From Candidatus Saccharimonadota bacterium (GTDB lineage: Bacteria > Patescibacteriota > Saccharimonadia > Saccharimonadales > Saccharimonadaceae): a DNA stretch of 32,000 nt. Each line of letters starts with the position of its first letter. The first letter of the stretch is position 1. A program made the position numbers and the translations under genes. A model generated the notes under the pieces. That model saw only the letters and a program-made list of their open reading frames with translations. It was not told where the DNA came from and did not search any database. Of the stretch, positions 16,652 to 24,680 are shown piece after piece. The stretch covers positions 450,001-482,000 of the forward strand of contig CP011211.1 of NCBI GenBank assembly GCA_001029695.1. Reading direction: 5' to 3'.

Positions 16652-16669
16652 GCACAAGCACAAGCGGCA

Positions 16670-16678
16670 TGGTATACT
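16670..16678 (+). promoter_or_regulatory. Extended -10 box TGgTATACT upstream of pilM
   Basis: caTGgTATACT; 15 nt to GTG 16694 and 24 nt to ATG 16703. Confidence 0.35.
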
Positions 16679-16693
16679 AACAACAAATCAATA

Positions 16694-17755
16694 GTGGGCA
16701 TCATGAGTAAATTATTCTATAGAGACAAACCAATTATCGGACTTGATATTAGCAGTACGGACATGAAGGTCATGTCTATCGACCTGAAAAGAAAAGCTGT
16801 ATCAGGCTATGGAACGATCGATCTTGACCCATTACGCATTAAAAAAGCGTTTGACGAAGAAGATGATTACCTCACGGAAAATCTCCATAACCTTCTCGAG
16901 TCTAAGCTCGTTGGTGAACTGCAAAGTGATCAGGTTGTGCTTGGCATACCTACCTCACGAACGTTTTCTCGTACATTCACCCTTCCTGTAAGCGCGGAGA
17001 GCACTCTCAAGGATGCCGTTTCGATCGAAGTCGGACAGTACATTCCTATTCCACTCTCACTACTCTACGTTGATTATGAAATTATCGAGCGCAATGAAAA
17101 GCAGCTCACAGTCGTCATGAGTGCAGTACCGAAGCGACTGATAGACAATACAATCGCAGCATGTGAGGCCGCAGGCCTGACCGTCAACATGGTAGAGCCA
17201 GCTATCAATGCTGTCGCCCGAGTTCTAAAGCTTACAGAAGAAGGTCATCTTCCGACAGTCATCGTCGATATTGGCGCCGCAAATACAGATATCGCCGTAC
17301 TTGATGGATCAGTACGTGTTACCGGAGGTATTGCCACTGGAGGTAATACGTTTACACTCGATATCGCAAAAAAGCTAAGCGTCACACTAGAAAATGCGCA
17401 TCAGCTCAAGGTACTCAATGGTCTTGCTCCAGGAGCTCGACAAGAAAAGCTTACAGCAGCACTCCGTCCGTCACTCCGTGGCATCATCACAGAAACAAGA
17501 AAAGTTATCCGCTATTACAACGAGCGACTCAGTAATGATCGTCGTCTTGAGCAAGTGCTCGTCGTAGGCAGCGGAAGCAATATTCCTGGTATCGGCGAGT
17601 ACTTTACTAACGAACTCGTTATGCCTGCACGCACCGCAAATCCTTGGCAAGAACTTGACTTCGGAGAACTCCCTCAGCCTGCTAAGCAATTTCGCTCACG
17701 CTACATCAGTGTTGCTGGGCTTTCAAATGTAGAGAAAGGAGCGATGTGGCAATGA
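16694..17755 (+). CDS. pilM: Type IV pilus assembly protein PilM (actin-like ATPase fold)
   Basis: IGLDISSTDMKVMSI...VDIGAANTDIAVL...VVGSGSNIPGI are ASKHA/PilM motifs. The ORF-track start is GTG 16694; ATG 16703 (MSKLF) is an alternative. Confidence 0.85.
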   Translation: MGIMSKLFYRDKPIIGLDISSTDMKVMSIDLKRKAVSGYGTIDLDPLRIKKAFDEEDDYLTENLHNLLESKLVGELQSDQVVLGIPTSRTFSRTFTLPVSAESTLKDAVSIEVGQYIPIPLSLLYVDYEIIERNEKQLTVVMSAVPKRLIDNTIAACEAAGLTVNMVEPAINAVARVLKLTEEGHLPTVIVDIGAANTDIAVLDGSVRVTGGIATGGNTFTLDIAKKLSVTLENAHQLKVLNGLAPGARQEKLTAALRPSLRGIITETRKVIRYYNERLSNDRRLEQVLVVGSGSNIPGIGEYFTNELVMPARTANPWQELDFGELPQPAKQFRSRYISVAGLSNVEKGAMWQ

Positions 17756-18327
17756 TAAATCTACTTCCCGAAAGCCAAAAGAATGAACTTCGCTCAGCAC
17801 GCGCAAATGTCGTACTTCTTCGCTATAACATTATTACTATAGTGGCGATTATATTACTCGGGCTCTTCTGTGCGCTCTTTTATGTCATCCTCTCATCGGA
17901 TAAAAATACCGCAATAGTTCAAAATGAACAAAGCTCAGCAGAATCAAAAAAATACAGCGACACGCGTAAACAAGCTGATATGTTTAAAAAAGATTTAGCT
18001 CTTGCAAGCAAGATTTTTAGCAAAGAAGTGAATTATACAGATACCATCTTTGCTATCGCTAGTGTTCTTCCACAAGGAGTAGTCCTTGATAGTCTAGATC
18101 TGAATGCAAATTCATTTGGAAATGAAACAGTCTTTACGGCTCACGCAAAAGATCAAGCGAGCGTCACACGACTCAAAGATAGTTTCCAAAAATCTAAGGA
18201 ACATTTTGAAAATGCCCACTTCCAAACTATTAGCGATACAAACGCACAGAATGGTAACAACAATGGAGACAAGGCGTATCCTATAACGGTTAATATTAGC
18301 GTCAAGATTAAAAAGGTGACACAGTAA
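17752..18327 (+). CDS. pilN: PilN-like pilus assembly protein
   Basis: The MINLLPE... opening and a single TM helix (IVAIILLGLFCALFYVIL) are typical of PilN. ATG 17752 forms an ATGA overlap with the pilM stop, with AAAGGAG upstream. The ORF-track GTG 17746 is an alternative start. Confidence 0.7.
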   Translation: MINLLPESQKNELRSARANVVLLRYNIITIVAIILLGLFCALFYVILSSDKNTAIVQNEQSSAESKKYSDTRKQADMFKKDLALASKIFSKEVNYTDTIFAIASVLPQGVVLDSLDLNANSFGNETVFTAHAKDQASVTRLKDSFQKSKEHFENAHFQTISDTNAQNGNNNGDKAYPITVNISVKIKKVTQ

Positions 18328-18959
18328 TGTTAAAAAAACAAATAAATGGCCTCACCGCAAGTAAACTAAAATACATTCTTGCTATCGGTATCCTCGTATG
18401 GGTTCTCGTCGGTGCAACTGGCTTTTGGTTCTTTAGAGGACAACTCAACGTCTATGCAAAAGAGGTAAAAGTAGCTTCCGACAAAGCAAACAAAAGTGGT
18501 AAAGATGTCGATGACCTCAAGCGATTAGAGCAATATCTTGCTGATAACAAGGTAACCGTAGATCGAGCGCGTGCAATCACATCAGAGGCAGGAACAACAT
18601 ACAATTACCAAGATATAATATATCAAGACATTAATGCCTACGCAGCAAAGACTGGTGTAAAAGTAGCAAGCTACACATTTTCAGACATAGCGGCAGCAGC
18701 AGGAACTGCAGGAACAGCTACAGCGACAACTCCAGCACCAGCTGCAAACCCAACCGGCTCGGCTGCATCGGGGATAAAGTCTACCACTGCATCGATCACA
18801 TTAGCTGGCGAAAATAAGTATGAAAACATTATGAATTTTATCCATTATATTGAAAATAATCTAACAAAAATGCAACTATCGGGAGTTTCACTCAGTAAAG
18901 GCAAGGAGGGAAACAATATCACCGTAAGTGCACTCACAATAGAGGTATATTTAAAATAA
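18327..18959 (+). CDS. PilO-like pilus assembly protein with an Ala/Thr/Pro-rich insert
   Basis: Single TM helix, coiled coil, then an alpha/beta C-terminal part ending MQLSGVSLSK...LTIEVYLK. Operon position is right after pilN, with a TAATG overlap (18325-18329). Confidence 0.5.
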   Translation: MLKKQINGLTASKLKYILAIGILVWVLVGATGFWFFRGQLNVYAKEVKVASDKANKSGKDVDDLKRLEQYLADNKVTVDRARAITSEAGTTYNYQDIIYQDINAYAAKTGVKVASYTFSDIAAAAGTAGTATATTPAPAANPTGSAASGIKSTTASITLAGENKYENIMNFIHYIENNLTKMQLSGVSLSKGKEGNNITVSALTIEVYLK

Positions 18960-19255
18960 TGAACACTTCCGTCTCTTCACTTATTAAGCCAATCAGCTCC
19001 GCTATCGTACGATATCATTCAACACTTTTTATTGTGTTTATCGTAGGACTTCTCAGTGTTGCTGTTTTCTTACTCTCACTCCTACTGGCTCAAGACAGTA
19101 GTGATACCAGCGCCTCGGACCAATCGGTTGCGCAAACATATGCATTCCAAAAAGATAAAACAATAACAAAAGTTAATGAGCTACGGAGTAGTTCAGAGCA
19201 AACACAGCCACTTGAGCTGCCTAAAGATCGCCGCAATAACCCCTTTGTTGAGTAG
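18959..19255 (+). CDS. Small single-TM protein, possible minimal PilP-like component
   Basis: 98 aa. TAATG overlap with the upstream gene (18957-18961), TM helix LFIVFIVGLLSVAVFLLSLLLA, and a C-terminal ...PKDRRNNPFVE. Confidence 0.5.
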   Translation: MNTSVSSLIKPISSAIVRYHSTLFIVFIVGLLSVAVFLLSLLLAQDSSDTSASDQSVAQTYAFQKDKTITKVNELRSSSEQTQPLELPKDRRNNPFVE

Positions 19256-19270
19256 TTCGCCGTAAACGTC

Positions 19271-19276
19271 TATACT
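19271..19276 (+). promoter_or_regulatory. -10 box TATACT, 6 nt upstream of ATG 19283 (leaderless-type arrangement)
   Basis: cgtcTATACTaatagtATG. Confidence 0.4.
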
Positions 19277-19282
19277 AATAGT

Positions 19283-19864
19283 ATGCTAATTCCTGGGTCA
19301 GAACTTATTAATACACCTGTCATGAGCCTACAGACAGGTGCCGAGCTTGCTACAACTCACACAGCAGTGATAAATCCGCATAAGCTCACCGTAGAAGCTT
19401 ATGTACTTTCCGGCCCGACACTCGACTCAGAAGTCTCACTTCTCAGAACTCTCGATATCCGAGAGATTGGCGCAATCGGTATGATCATCGACTCAAGCGA
19501 TGAATTCATCACACCAGGTGATGTTATCAAGCTTGATGACATCTACGCGCTACACTTTACACTAGAAAACAAACTCGTACTCAATGAGAAGCGACATAAA
19601 GTCGGTAAAGTAATAGACTATACTGTAGATGTCGACAACTTCTCAATCGAACAGTTAAACGTTAGGCGACCACTCCTAAAGAGCTTTAACGACGACGAGT
19701 TGATTATTCATCGAAGCCAGATCATTGAAATCACCGATGATGCCATCGTCATCAAAGAAATGGAAGTAACACCTATGCCTACATTAAGTCAAAAAAGCTT
19801 TGCTAATCCATTTCGCGGTACGACTCCTCAAGCTGAAGGCATTGATGTGTCGCAAGACGAGTAA
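19283..19864 (+). CDS. Tandem PRC-barrel-like domain protein
   Basis: 193 aa in two halves, each resembling a PRC-barrel / YlmC-YmxH pattern (LINTPVMSLQTGAELATTHTAVINPHKLTVEAYVL; LVLNEKRHKVGKVIDYTVDVDNFSIEQLNV). Assignment is by eye only. Confidence 0.5.
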   Translation: MLIPGSELINTPVMSLQTGAELATTHTAVINPHKLTVEAYVLSGPTLDSEVSLLRTLDIREIGAIGMIIDSSDEFITPGDVIKLDDIYALHFTLENKLVLNEKRHKVGKVIDYTVDVDNFSIEQLNVRRPLLKSFNDDELIIHRSQIIEITDDAIVIKEMEVTPMPTLSQKSFANPFRGTTPQAEGIDVSQDE

Positions 19865-19878
19865 ACATATTTTGCGCC

Positions 19879-20535
19879 TTATTCTTCGTCCACTTTTGCT
19901 AACGCCTCTTTAATCTGATCGTAGGAAAAACCTTGCCTAGCCAAGTACTGCATCAGCTTCTGAGGATCGTCATACCGCCGAGCTTTCTTTGCGATCACCT
20001 TCTGTATCTCATCCTCATCAGAACGATCTGACTCGGCAAGATATACCTCGACAACGCTTCTCGACACACCTTTGGCTTGAAGTTCAGCCTGAAGTTTTCG
20101 TCTACTAGCTCCTTTAGTGAGGCTTCGGTTATCGATCCAGTATCGAGTAACCTTCGCATCATCAACATACCCCTTCGCTAAAAGCCGTTCAAAAACTCGC
20201 ACTGTGAGAGCTTCGCTCACACCAGGTTTAATACGCATTTCTCCCGACCGACGATCTTTTACTTTCTGATCCCGTGTTTTTCGGTAGAGGTAGTCTCGTA
20301 CTTCTTTTGCACTATGCGGCCGCATCAAACAATACTCGAGTGCTCTCGCGTAGAGTTTGCCAAATTGGCTTTCGCTTTCTAGTTCGACTAGCTCTTGTTC
20401 GGTGTACTCTTTTCCAACCCTAATCCCAAGATCGGCATATTGAAAAATGTCGAGAGAAAATCGATATATACCATCAACCATAACATTGACACGATTTTTA
20501 TCTTTTTGCTGCGCTGTGATGGCGGTTATTTTCAT
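19879..20535 (-). CDS. recX: RecA regulator RecX
   Basis: 218 aa of three-helix repeats (ALEYCLMRPHSAKEVRDYL..., VFERLLAKGYVDD..., LMQYLARQGFSYDQIKEAL), located directly downstream of recA. Confidence 0.85.
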   Translation of the reverse strand: MKITAITAQQKDKNRVNVMVDGIYRFSLDIFQYADLGIRVGKEYTEQELVELESESQFGKLYARALEYCLMRPHSAKEVRDYLYRKTRDQKVKDRRSGEMRIKPGVSEALTVRVFERLLAKGYVDDAKVTRYWIDNRSLTKGASRRKLQAELQAKGVSRSVVEVYLAESDRSDEDEIQKVIAKKARRYDDPQKLMQYLARQGFSYDQIKEALAKVDEE

Positions 20536-20556
20536 CGCACCACATTAAAGCCAAGC

Positions 20557-21594
20557 TTATGCCTCGGCTTCTGCAACCTTTGCGCGAACCTTCTCGTCAA
20601 TCTCTGCGAGCACCTCTGGGTTTTCTTTGAGGTAGATTTTTGTTGCCTCACGTCCCTGTCCGATCTTAGCGTCTGCATAGTCAAACCACGCACCCGCCTT
20701 ACCGACAATACCGTGCAGCACTGCGAGATCAAGCACGTCACCCGTCTTGCTAATACCTTCGTTATACATGATGTCAAACTCAGCTACGCGGAAAGGAGGA
20801 GCGATCTTGTTCTTAACCACCTTCACTTTCGTACGGTTGCCGATAATATCTTCGCCAGCTTTGATTTGCCCCGTACGACGAATATCAAGACGTACTGATG
20901 CGTAGAACTTTAGCGCATTACCGCCTGTCGTTGTCTCGGGATTACCAAACATTACGCCAATCTTCATGCGAATTTGATTGATAAAAATAACTGTTGTTTT
21001 AGACTTATTGATAATTCCTGTGAGCTTACGGAGCGCCTGACTCATGAGTCGAGCTTGAAGCCCCATATGACTATCACCCATGTCGCCATCAATCTCTGCT
21101 TGCGGAACCAGTGCTGCCACCGAGTCAACCACTACAAGATCAACTGCGTTTGATCGTACCAATGTTTCAGCGATTTCAAGCGCCTGCTCACCGTTGTCCG
21201 GCTGAGAAACGAGAAGATTGTCTGTATCAACGCCAAGCTTACGGGCATATGCAGGATCAAGTGCGTGCTCTGCATCGATAAATGCTGCCGTGCCGCCTTG
21301 CTTTTGAATCTCTGCGATCGCGTGAAGTGTCAGCGTCGTCTTACCTGAACTTTCTGGTCCGTAGATCTCTATGATACGACCCTTAGGGTAGCCGCCGCCA
21401 AGCGCCAGATCAAGACTCAGTGCTCCACTACTAACAAGTTCAACATCAACAGTCTTCGTATCTCCCAGGCGTCGAATTGCACCATCACCAAACTGCTTAT
21501 TAATCTGTTCCTGAGCGAGTCCCAGCGCCTTTAACTTACCTTCGCTGGTCGTTGATTTTTCGGCCATTTCTGCTTTTTCAGTCTTCTTCGCCAT
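20557..21594 (-). CDS. recA: Recombinase RecA
   Basis: Unmistakable RecA sequence: [39 protein letters not shown], loop 2 [25 protein letters not shown] upstream. Confidence 0.98.
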   Translation of the reverse strand: MAKKTEKAEMAEKSTTSEGKLKALGLAQEQINKQFGDGAIRRLGDTKTVDVELVSSGALSLDLALGGGYPKGRIIEIYGPESSGKTTLTLHAIAEIQKQGGTAAFIDAEHALDPAYARKLGVDTDNLLVSQPDNGEQALEIAETLVRSNAVDLVVVDSVAALVPQAEIDGDMGDSHMGLQARLMSQALRKLTGIINKSKTTVIFINQIRMKIGVMFGNPETTTGGNALKFYASVRLDIRRTGQIKAGEDIIGNRTKVKVVKNKIAPPFRVAEFDIMYNEGISKTGDVLDLAVLHGIVGKAGAWFDYADAKIGQGREATKIYLKENPEVLAEIDEKVRAKVAEAEA

Positions 21595-21622
21595 AGCGTC
21601 TCCCTCTCTTAATTCTTGTTCT

Positions 21623-21628
21623 ATTATA
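21623..21628 (-). promoter_or_regulatory. -10 box TATAAT for recA (28-nt leader containing an SD)
   Basis: Minus strand reads gtgTATAATagaacaagaattaagaGAGGGAGacgctATG. Confidence 0.4.
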
Positions 21629-21703
21629 CACTATTTCTCTCCTTGCGTCTGCTTACTCCCGAGCATATACACACTCCAAGCCACTGCTTTTTTGGTTGAT
21701 TTT

Positions 21704-21712
21704 TGCTATACT
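21704..21712 (+). promoter_or_regulatory. Extended -10 box TGcTATACT, 8 nt upstream of the pilin ATG 21721
   Basis: ttTGcTATACTataaacaaATG. It overlaps the TTG start used by the ORF track, which argues for ATG 21721. Confidence 0.45.
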
Positions 21713-21720
21713 ATAAACAA

Positions 21721-22197
21721 ATGAGCCAAACCAACTCTCGGCATCTATCTGGTTTTACTATTATTGAGCTAATGGTTGTTATTGTCGTTATCGCCGCCGC
21801 AAGCATTCTCTTCTTTGTTCAGAAGCAAAATATCGACACTGCCAATCAAGATGAGCGCCGTAAGGTAGCCATAAATGCAATGTACTACAACCTTGAGGAG
21901 GTTTTTCATCCAGCAAACGGATTTTACCCTTCATCTATCAGCGCCGATAATCTAAAAGCAATGGACCCTGCTCTTTTCACTGACTCAAATGGCATCACTC
22001 CAGCAGATGCAAAGGAGTTTACAAACCTTACTGAAGAGGAGAAGGCAAACTATCTCGCTATTGCCGGTGGACTACCGAGCTATGAATATAGCTATACGCC
22101 AACTAATTGCGATAATGAAGGTAAATGCAAAGGCTATACACTTCGGGTTGCTCTGGCGAACGAAGCAGAATACGTCAAAAAAAGTCGCCATAACTAG
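21721..22197 (+). CDS. Type IV pilin (prepilin with class III signal peptide)
   Basis: MSQTNSRHLSG/FTIIELMVVIVVIAAASILF: G-1, F+1 and E+5 with a hydrophobic alpha1-N helix. C-terminal Cys pair CDNEGKC. Confidence 0.85.
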   Translation: MSQTNSRHLSGFTIIELMVVIVVIAAASILFFVQKQNIDTANQDERRKVAINAMYYNLEEVFHPANGFYPSSISADNLKAMDPALFTDSNGITPADAKEFTNLTEEEKANYLAIAGGLPSYEYSYTPTNCDNEGKCKGYTLRVALANEAEYVKKSRHN

Positions 22198-22207
22198 GCG
22201 ACTTTTT
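22177..22207. terminator. Bidirectional rho-independent terminator between the pilin and the bPH_2 gene
   Basis: AAAAAAAGTCGCC-ataacta-GGCGACTTTTT. The stem overlaps the pilin TAG (22195-22197). Confidence 0.65.
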
Positions 22208-22232
22208 AGATTAACGTTAATGAACTCGTAGG

Positions 22233-23006
22233 CTATAGGCCAGTAACGGGTCTGCCGTTCTTGAAATTCTCTACCGCATTGTTCAACACAGCAATCTGTT
22301 GCTTAGGATTTGAGACATAATAAAATCTATACGTCGTCTCCTCGCCCTCTGTACTGAGCCGTATCGAGCCATAATTAAGCATACTTTGCAGTATTCCATT
22401 CTGTCGAAAGCTCGCGTCCTCAATACTACCCAAGCTTACTGTCTGTTCATGCTTAGCGAAAAGGCTTGTTTGAATCTCCTGGATAACACTTTCGTTTGTA
22501 AGAAAAAACTTATTCTGCAGATACACCCAGACGACGACATACCCACCAATAATAAATAAAATCATCAACATAATCGCTGGCAGAATCACCTCCGAAACGT
22601 CCGGTAGTCCTGTGTTCTTGGCCAATTCTGGATATGCGCCAAGTCCAACTGCCGTCACCATAACCAAAAAGGCAGACAAACCTACTGGCGCAAGTAACCC
22701 AATAGGATGACGACGCACGCTATTGACGACATACTCACCTTCACTAAGATTCAGATACGGGTATCTCCTAACGGAATCCTGGTGTTTTGCAGCAACTTCA
22801 GCCGAAACCTCTGGAGCTACAGGGTCGATCGCCCGAGACATATGCACAACCGCCGGAGTTGGTTGCGGCGGTGCTGATGGCGCGACTGATGGACTAGGGC
22901 TCACTGGAGGATGCGCATAGAGCGGACGGCCTTGTGCATCATAGGCGACGGGTTGCGGCGGTGCTGATTCTGGATTAGGAGTAACTGGTGGCTGCTGTGG
23001 ATTCAT
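22233..23006 (-). CDS. Membrane protein with a bacterial PH domain (bPH_2 / YdbS-YdbT-like) and a Pro-rich N-terminus
   Basis: 257 aa: Pro-rich tail, LSEGEYVVNSVRRHPIGLL, two TM helices, then FFLTNESVIQ...GSIRLST, as in bPH_2. Confidence 0.6.
   Translation of the reverse strand: MNPQQPPVTPNPESAPPQPVAYDAQGRPLYAHPPVSPSPSVAPSAPPQPTPAVVHMSRAIDPVAPEVSAEVAAKHQDSVRRYPYLNLSEGEYVVNSVRRHPIGLLAPVGLSAFLVMVTAVGLGAYPELAKNTGLPDVSEVILPAIMLMILFIIGGYVVVWVYLQNKFFLTNESVIQEIQTSLFAKHEQTVSLGSIEDASFRQNGILQSMLNYGSIRLSTEGEETTYRFYYVSNPKQQIAVLNNAVENFKNGRPVTGL
22861..22878. repeat. Copy 1 of the 18-bp perfect direct repeat GGTTGCGGCGGTGCTGAT
   Basis: Second copy at 22951-22968, exactly 90 bp away. Each encodes SAPPQP on the minus strand. 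Confidence 0.9.
22951..22968. repeat. Copy 2 of the 18-bp perfect direct repeat
   Basis: See 22861-22878. Confidence 0.9.
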
Positions 23007-23014
23007 ATAGTACT

Positions 23015-23023
23015 ATTATATCA
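23015..23023 (-). promoter_or_regulatory. Extended -10 box TGaTATAAT, 8 nt upstream of ATG 23006; the TGA is the ruvB stop codon
   Basis: Minus strand reads TGaTATAATagtactatATG. No SD. Confidence 0.45.
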
Positions 23024-24055
23024 AGCTTCTGCTTCATATACGGTAACATCAGGATGTGTTTTTCCAAGATGTTCATACCCCTTTCGGGTAACACGGCGGC
23101 CGCGGGGAGTTCGTTCAATAAACCCTATTTGCAACAAATATGGCTCATAGAAATCTTCGATAGTAGTCGCCTCATCCCCCGTTAATGCAGCAATCGTGTT
23201 AAGCCCGACAGGATTATTTCCATAGTTCTCGATCATACTCGAGAGAAGGTTACGATCAGCCGGATCAAGTCCTAATTCATCGATTTCAAGCATTGCGAGC
23301 GCCTCCGTCGTCGTCACTGTATCGATAATCCCATCACCGTTAACATCAGCATAATCACGGACTCGTTTTAGGAGTCTGTTGGCGATACGAGGTGTCAATC
23401 GAGCTCGCGTCGAAAGCATACTTGCCGCCTCGTCATGAATCTGGCTCTCCAAAATCGATGAAGCTCGTGCAACAATTCGCCCAATTTCATCTGAGGTATA
23501 AAACTCCAATCGATGAATAAGTCCAAAACGGTCTCGAAGTGGCGCGGCCAGTGCGCCTGTTCGTGTCGTTGCGCCAATAACAGTAAATTTCGGTAGATCG
23601 AGTCGTACACTGCGAGCAGCCGGGCCTTTACCGATAACAATATCAAGCTTAAAGTCTTCCATAGCACTATAGAGTACTTCTTCGACCGTGCGACTAAGCC
23701 TATGAATTTCGTCGATAAAAAGCACATCGCCATCAGTAAGATTAGTGAGGATACTCGCGAGATCTCCTGCACGCTCAATTGCCGGTCCAGCCGTAACCCG
23801 AATATTAGTACCCATTTCATTCGCAATGACCGTTGCCATTGTCGTCTTACCAAGGCCAGGAGGACCATAGAGAAGCACGTGGTCAATTGGCTCGCTGCGC
23901 TTTTTCGCTGCATCAATCGCAAGCTTAAGGTTGCGTTTTAGCCGTTCCTGTCCGATATAATCATCGAAACTTTGAGGACGTAAAGTGACCTCGATCTGCT
24001 GTTCATCGGAATCATCATCAGAAATACTTGTATCAACTATTCGCTCGACTGCCAT
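23021..24055 (-). CDS. ruvB: Holliday junction branch migration helicase RuvB
   Basis: AAA+ motifs [12 protein letters not shown] and LFIDEIHRL, TRxGxLxxPLRDRFG, and a C-terminal winged helix. 344 aa. Confidence 0.97.
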   Translation of the reverse strand: MAVERIVDTSISDDDSDEQQIEVTLRPQSFDDYIGQERLKRNLKLAIDAAKKRSEPIDHVLLYGPPGLGKTTMATVIANEMGTNIRVTAGPAIERAGDLASILTNLTDGDVLFIDEIHRLSRTVEEVLYSAMEDFKLDIVIGKGPAARSVRLDLPKFTVIGATTRTGALAAPLRDRFGLIHRLEFYTSDEIGRIVARASSILESQIHDEAASMLSTRARLTPRIANRLLKRVRDYADVNGDGIIDTVTTTEALAMLEIDELGLDPADRNLLSSMIENYGNNPVGLNTIAALTGDEATTIEDFYEPYLLQIGFIERTPRGRRVTRKGYEHLGKTHPDVTVYEAEA

Positions 24056-24066
24056 ATCTATTACTT

Positions 24067-24075
24067 AGTATATCA
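24067..24075 (-). promoter_or_regulatory. Extended -10 box TGaTATACT, 11 nt upstream of the ruvB ATG 24055
   Basis: Minus strand reads cttTGaTATACTaagtaatagatATG. No SD. Confidence 0.4.
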
Positions 24076-24101
24076 AGTTGCGCTCTATCTCCTAGCGCTC
24101 A

Positions 24102-24680
24102 TTAGCCTTTCAGCGCCTGTGTGACACGATCCGCCGTTGATAGTTCGGTTGAGACACCTTCAAGCGCTTTGCTCGCATCGTTGAGATTATATCCAAGTGC
24201 CATCAATGCCTCAAGTGCTTCATCACTATGCTCAATAGCCTGACTAATCCCTGTAGAGGTCTTGTTGTCGTAGTATAGCGGCATGCCGACTTTATCCGAT
24301 AAATCCACGACTACTCGTTCGGCGGTCTTCTTGCCGACGCCGCTCGCTTTTGTGATGTAGGTTGCATCATTATTTGCGATAGCATTACGGACTGTCTCAC
24401 TCTCACCAAGGCCGAGTATAGCGAGCGCTGCTTTTGGTCCAACCCCTTGAACAGTAATGAGAAGCTCAAATAACTTCTTGGCGGCGAGCGTAGAAAACCC
24501 AAAAAGATCTTGTGATTGCTCTCGAATATGGTGATACGTATAAAACTTCACCTCTTCGCCAAGCACTGCATGCTCATAATCACCAAGCGGCGTCTGAATT
24601 TCATACCCCACTCCATGAACATCTACAATTACTGAGTTGTTAAATTTTTCGGCAACACTACCGTACACATGCGCAATCAT
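24102..24680 (-). CDS. ruvA: Holliday junction DNA-binding protein RuvA
   Basis: MIAHVYG...VDVHGVGYEI OB domain, HhH pair (LITVQGVGPKAALAIL, ITKASGVGKKTAERVV) and C-terminal domain III. AGAGGAA SD upstream. Confidence 0.92.
   Translation of the reverse strand: MIAHVYGSVAEKFNNSVIVDVHGVGYEIQTPLGDYEHAVLGEEVKFYTYHHIREQSQDLFGFSTLAAKKLFELLITVQGVGPKAALAILGLGESETVRNAIANNDATYITKASGVGKKTAERVVVDLSDKVGMPLYYDNKTSTGISQAIEHSDEALEALMALGYNLNDASKALEGVSTELSTADRVTQALKG

Noticed and set aside
16652-16666. Short tandem GCACAA GCACAA GC between pilC and pilM
   Set aside because: There are only about 2.3 copies of a hexamer, within chance expectation. The adjacent TGgTATACT box is the more meaningful element.
21611-21622. 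LexA/Cheo-type SOS box between the recA -10 box and the SD (AGAACAAGAATT)
   Set aside because: Only the GAAC half-site matches GAAC-N4-GTTC; the second half is ATTa. No lexA gene is in the window. Not supportable.
21703-21720. TTG start for the pilin (MLYYKQMSQ...)
   Set aside because: The TTG overlaps the extended -10 element itself. ATG 21721 gives an 11-residue prepilin leader ending in Gly, as expected.
23395-23922. 175-aa same-strand alternative-frame ORF inside ruvB, and the 79-aa antisense ORF 23702-23941
   Set aside because: Both are embedded in an unambiguous RuvB reading frame and have no independent signals.
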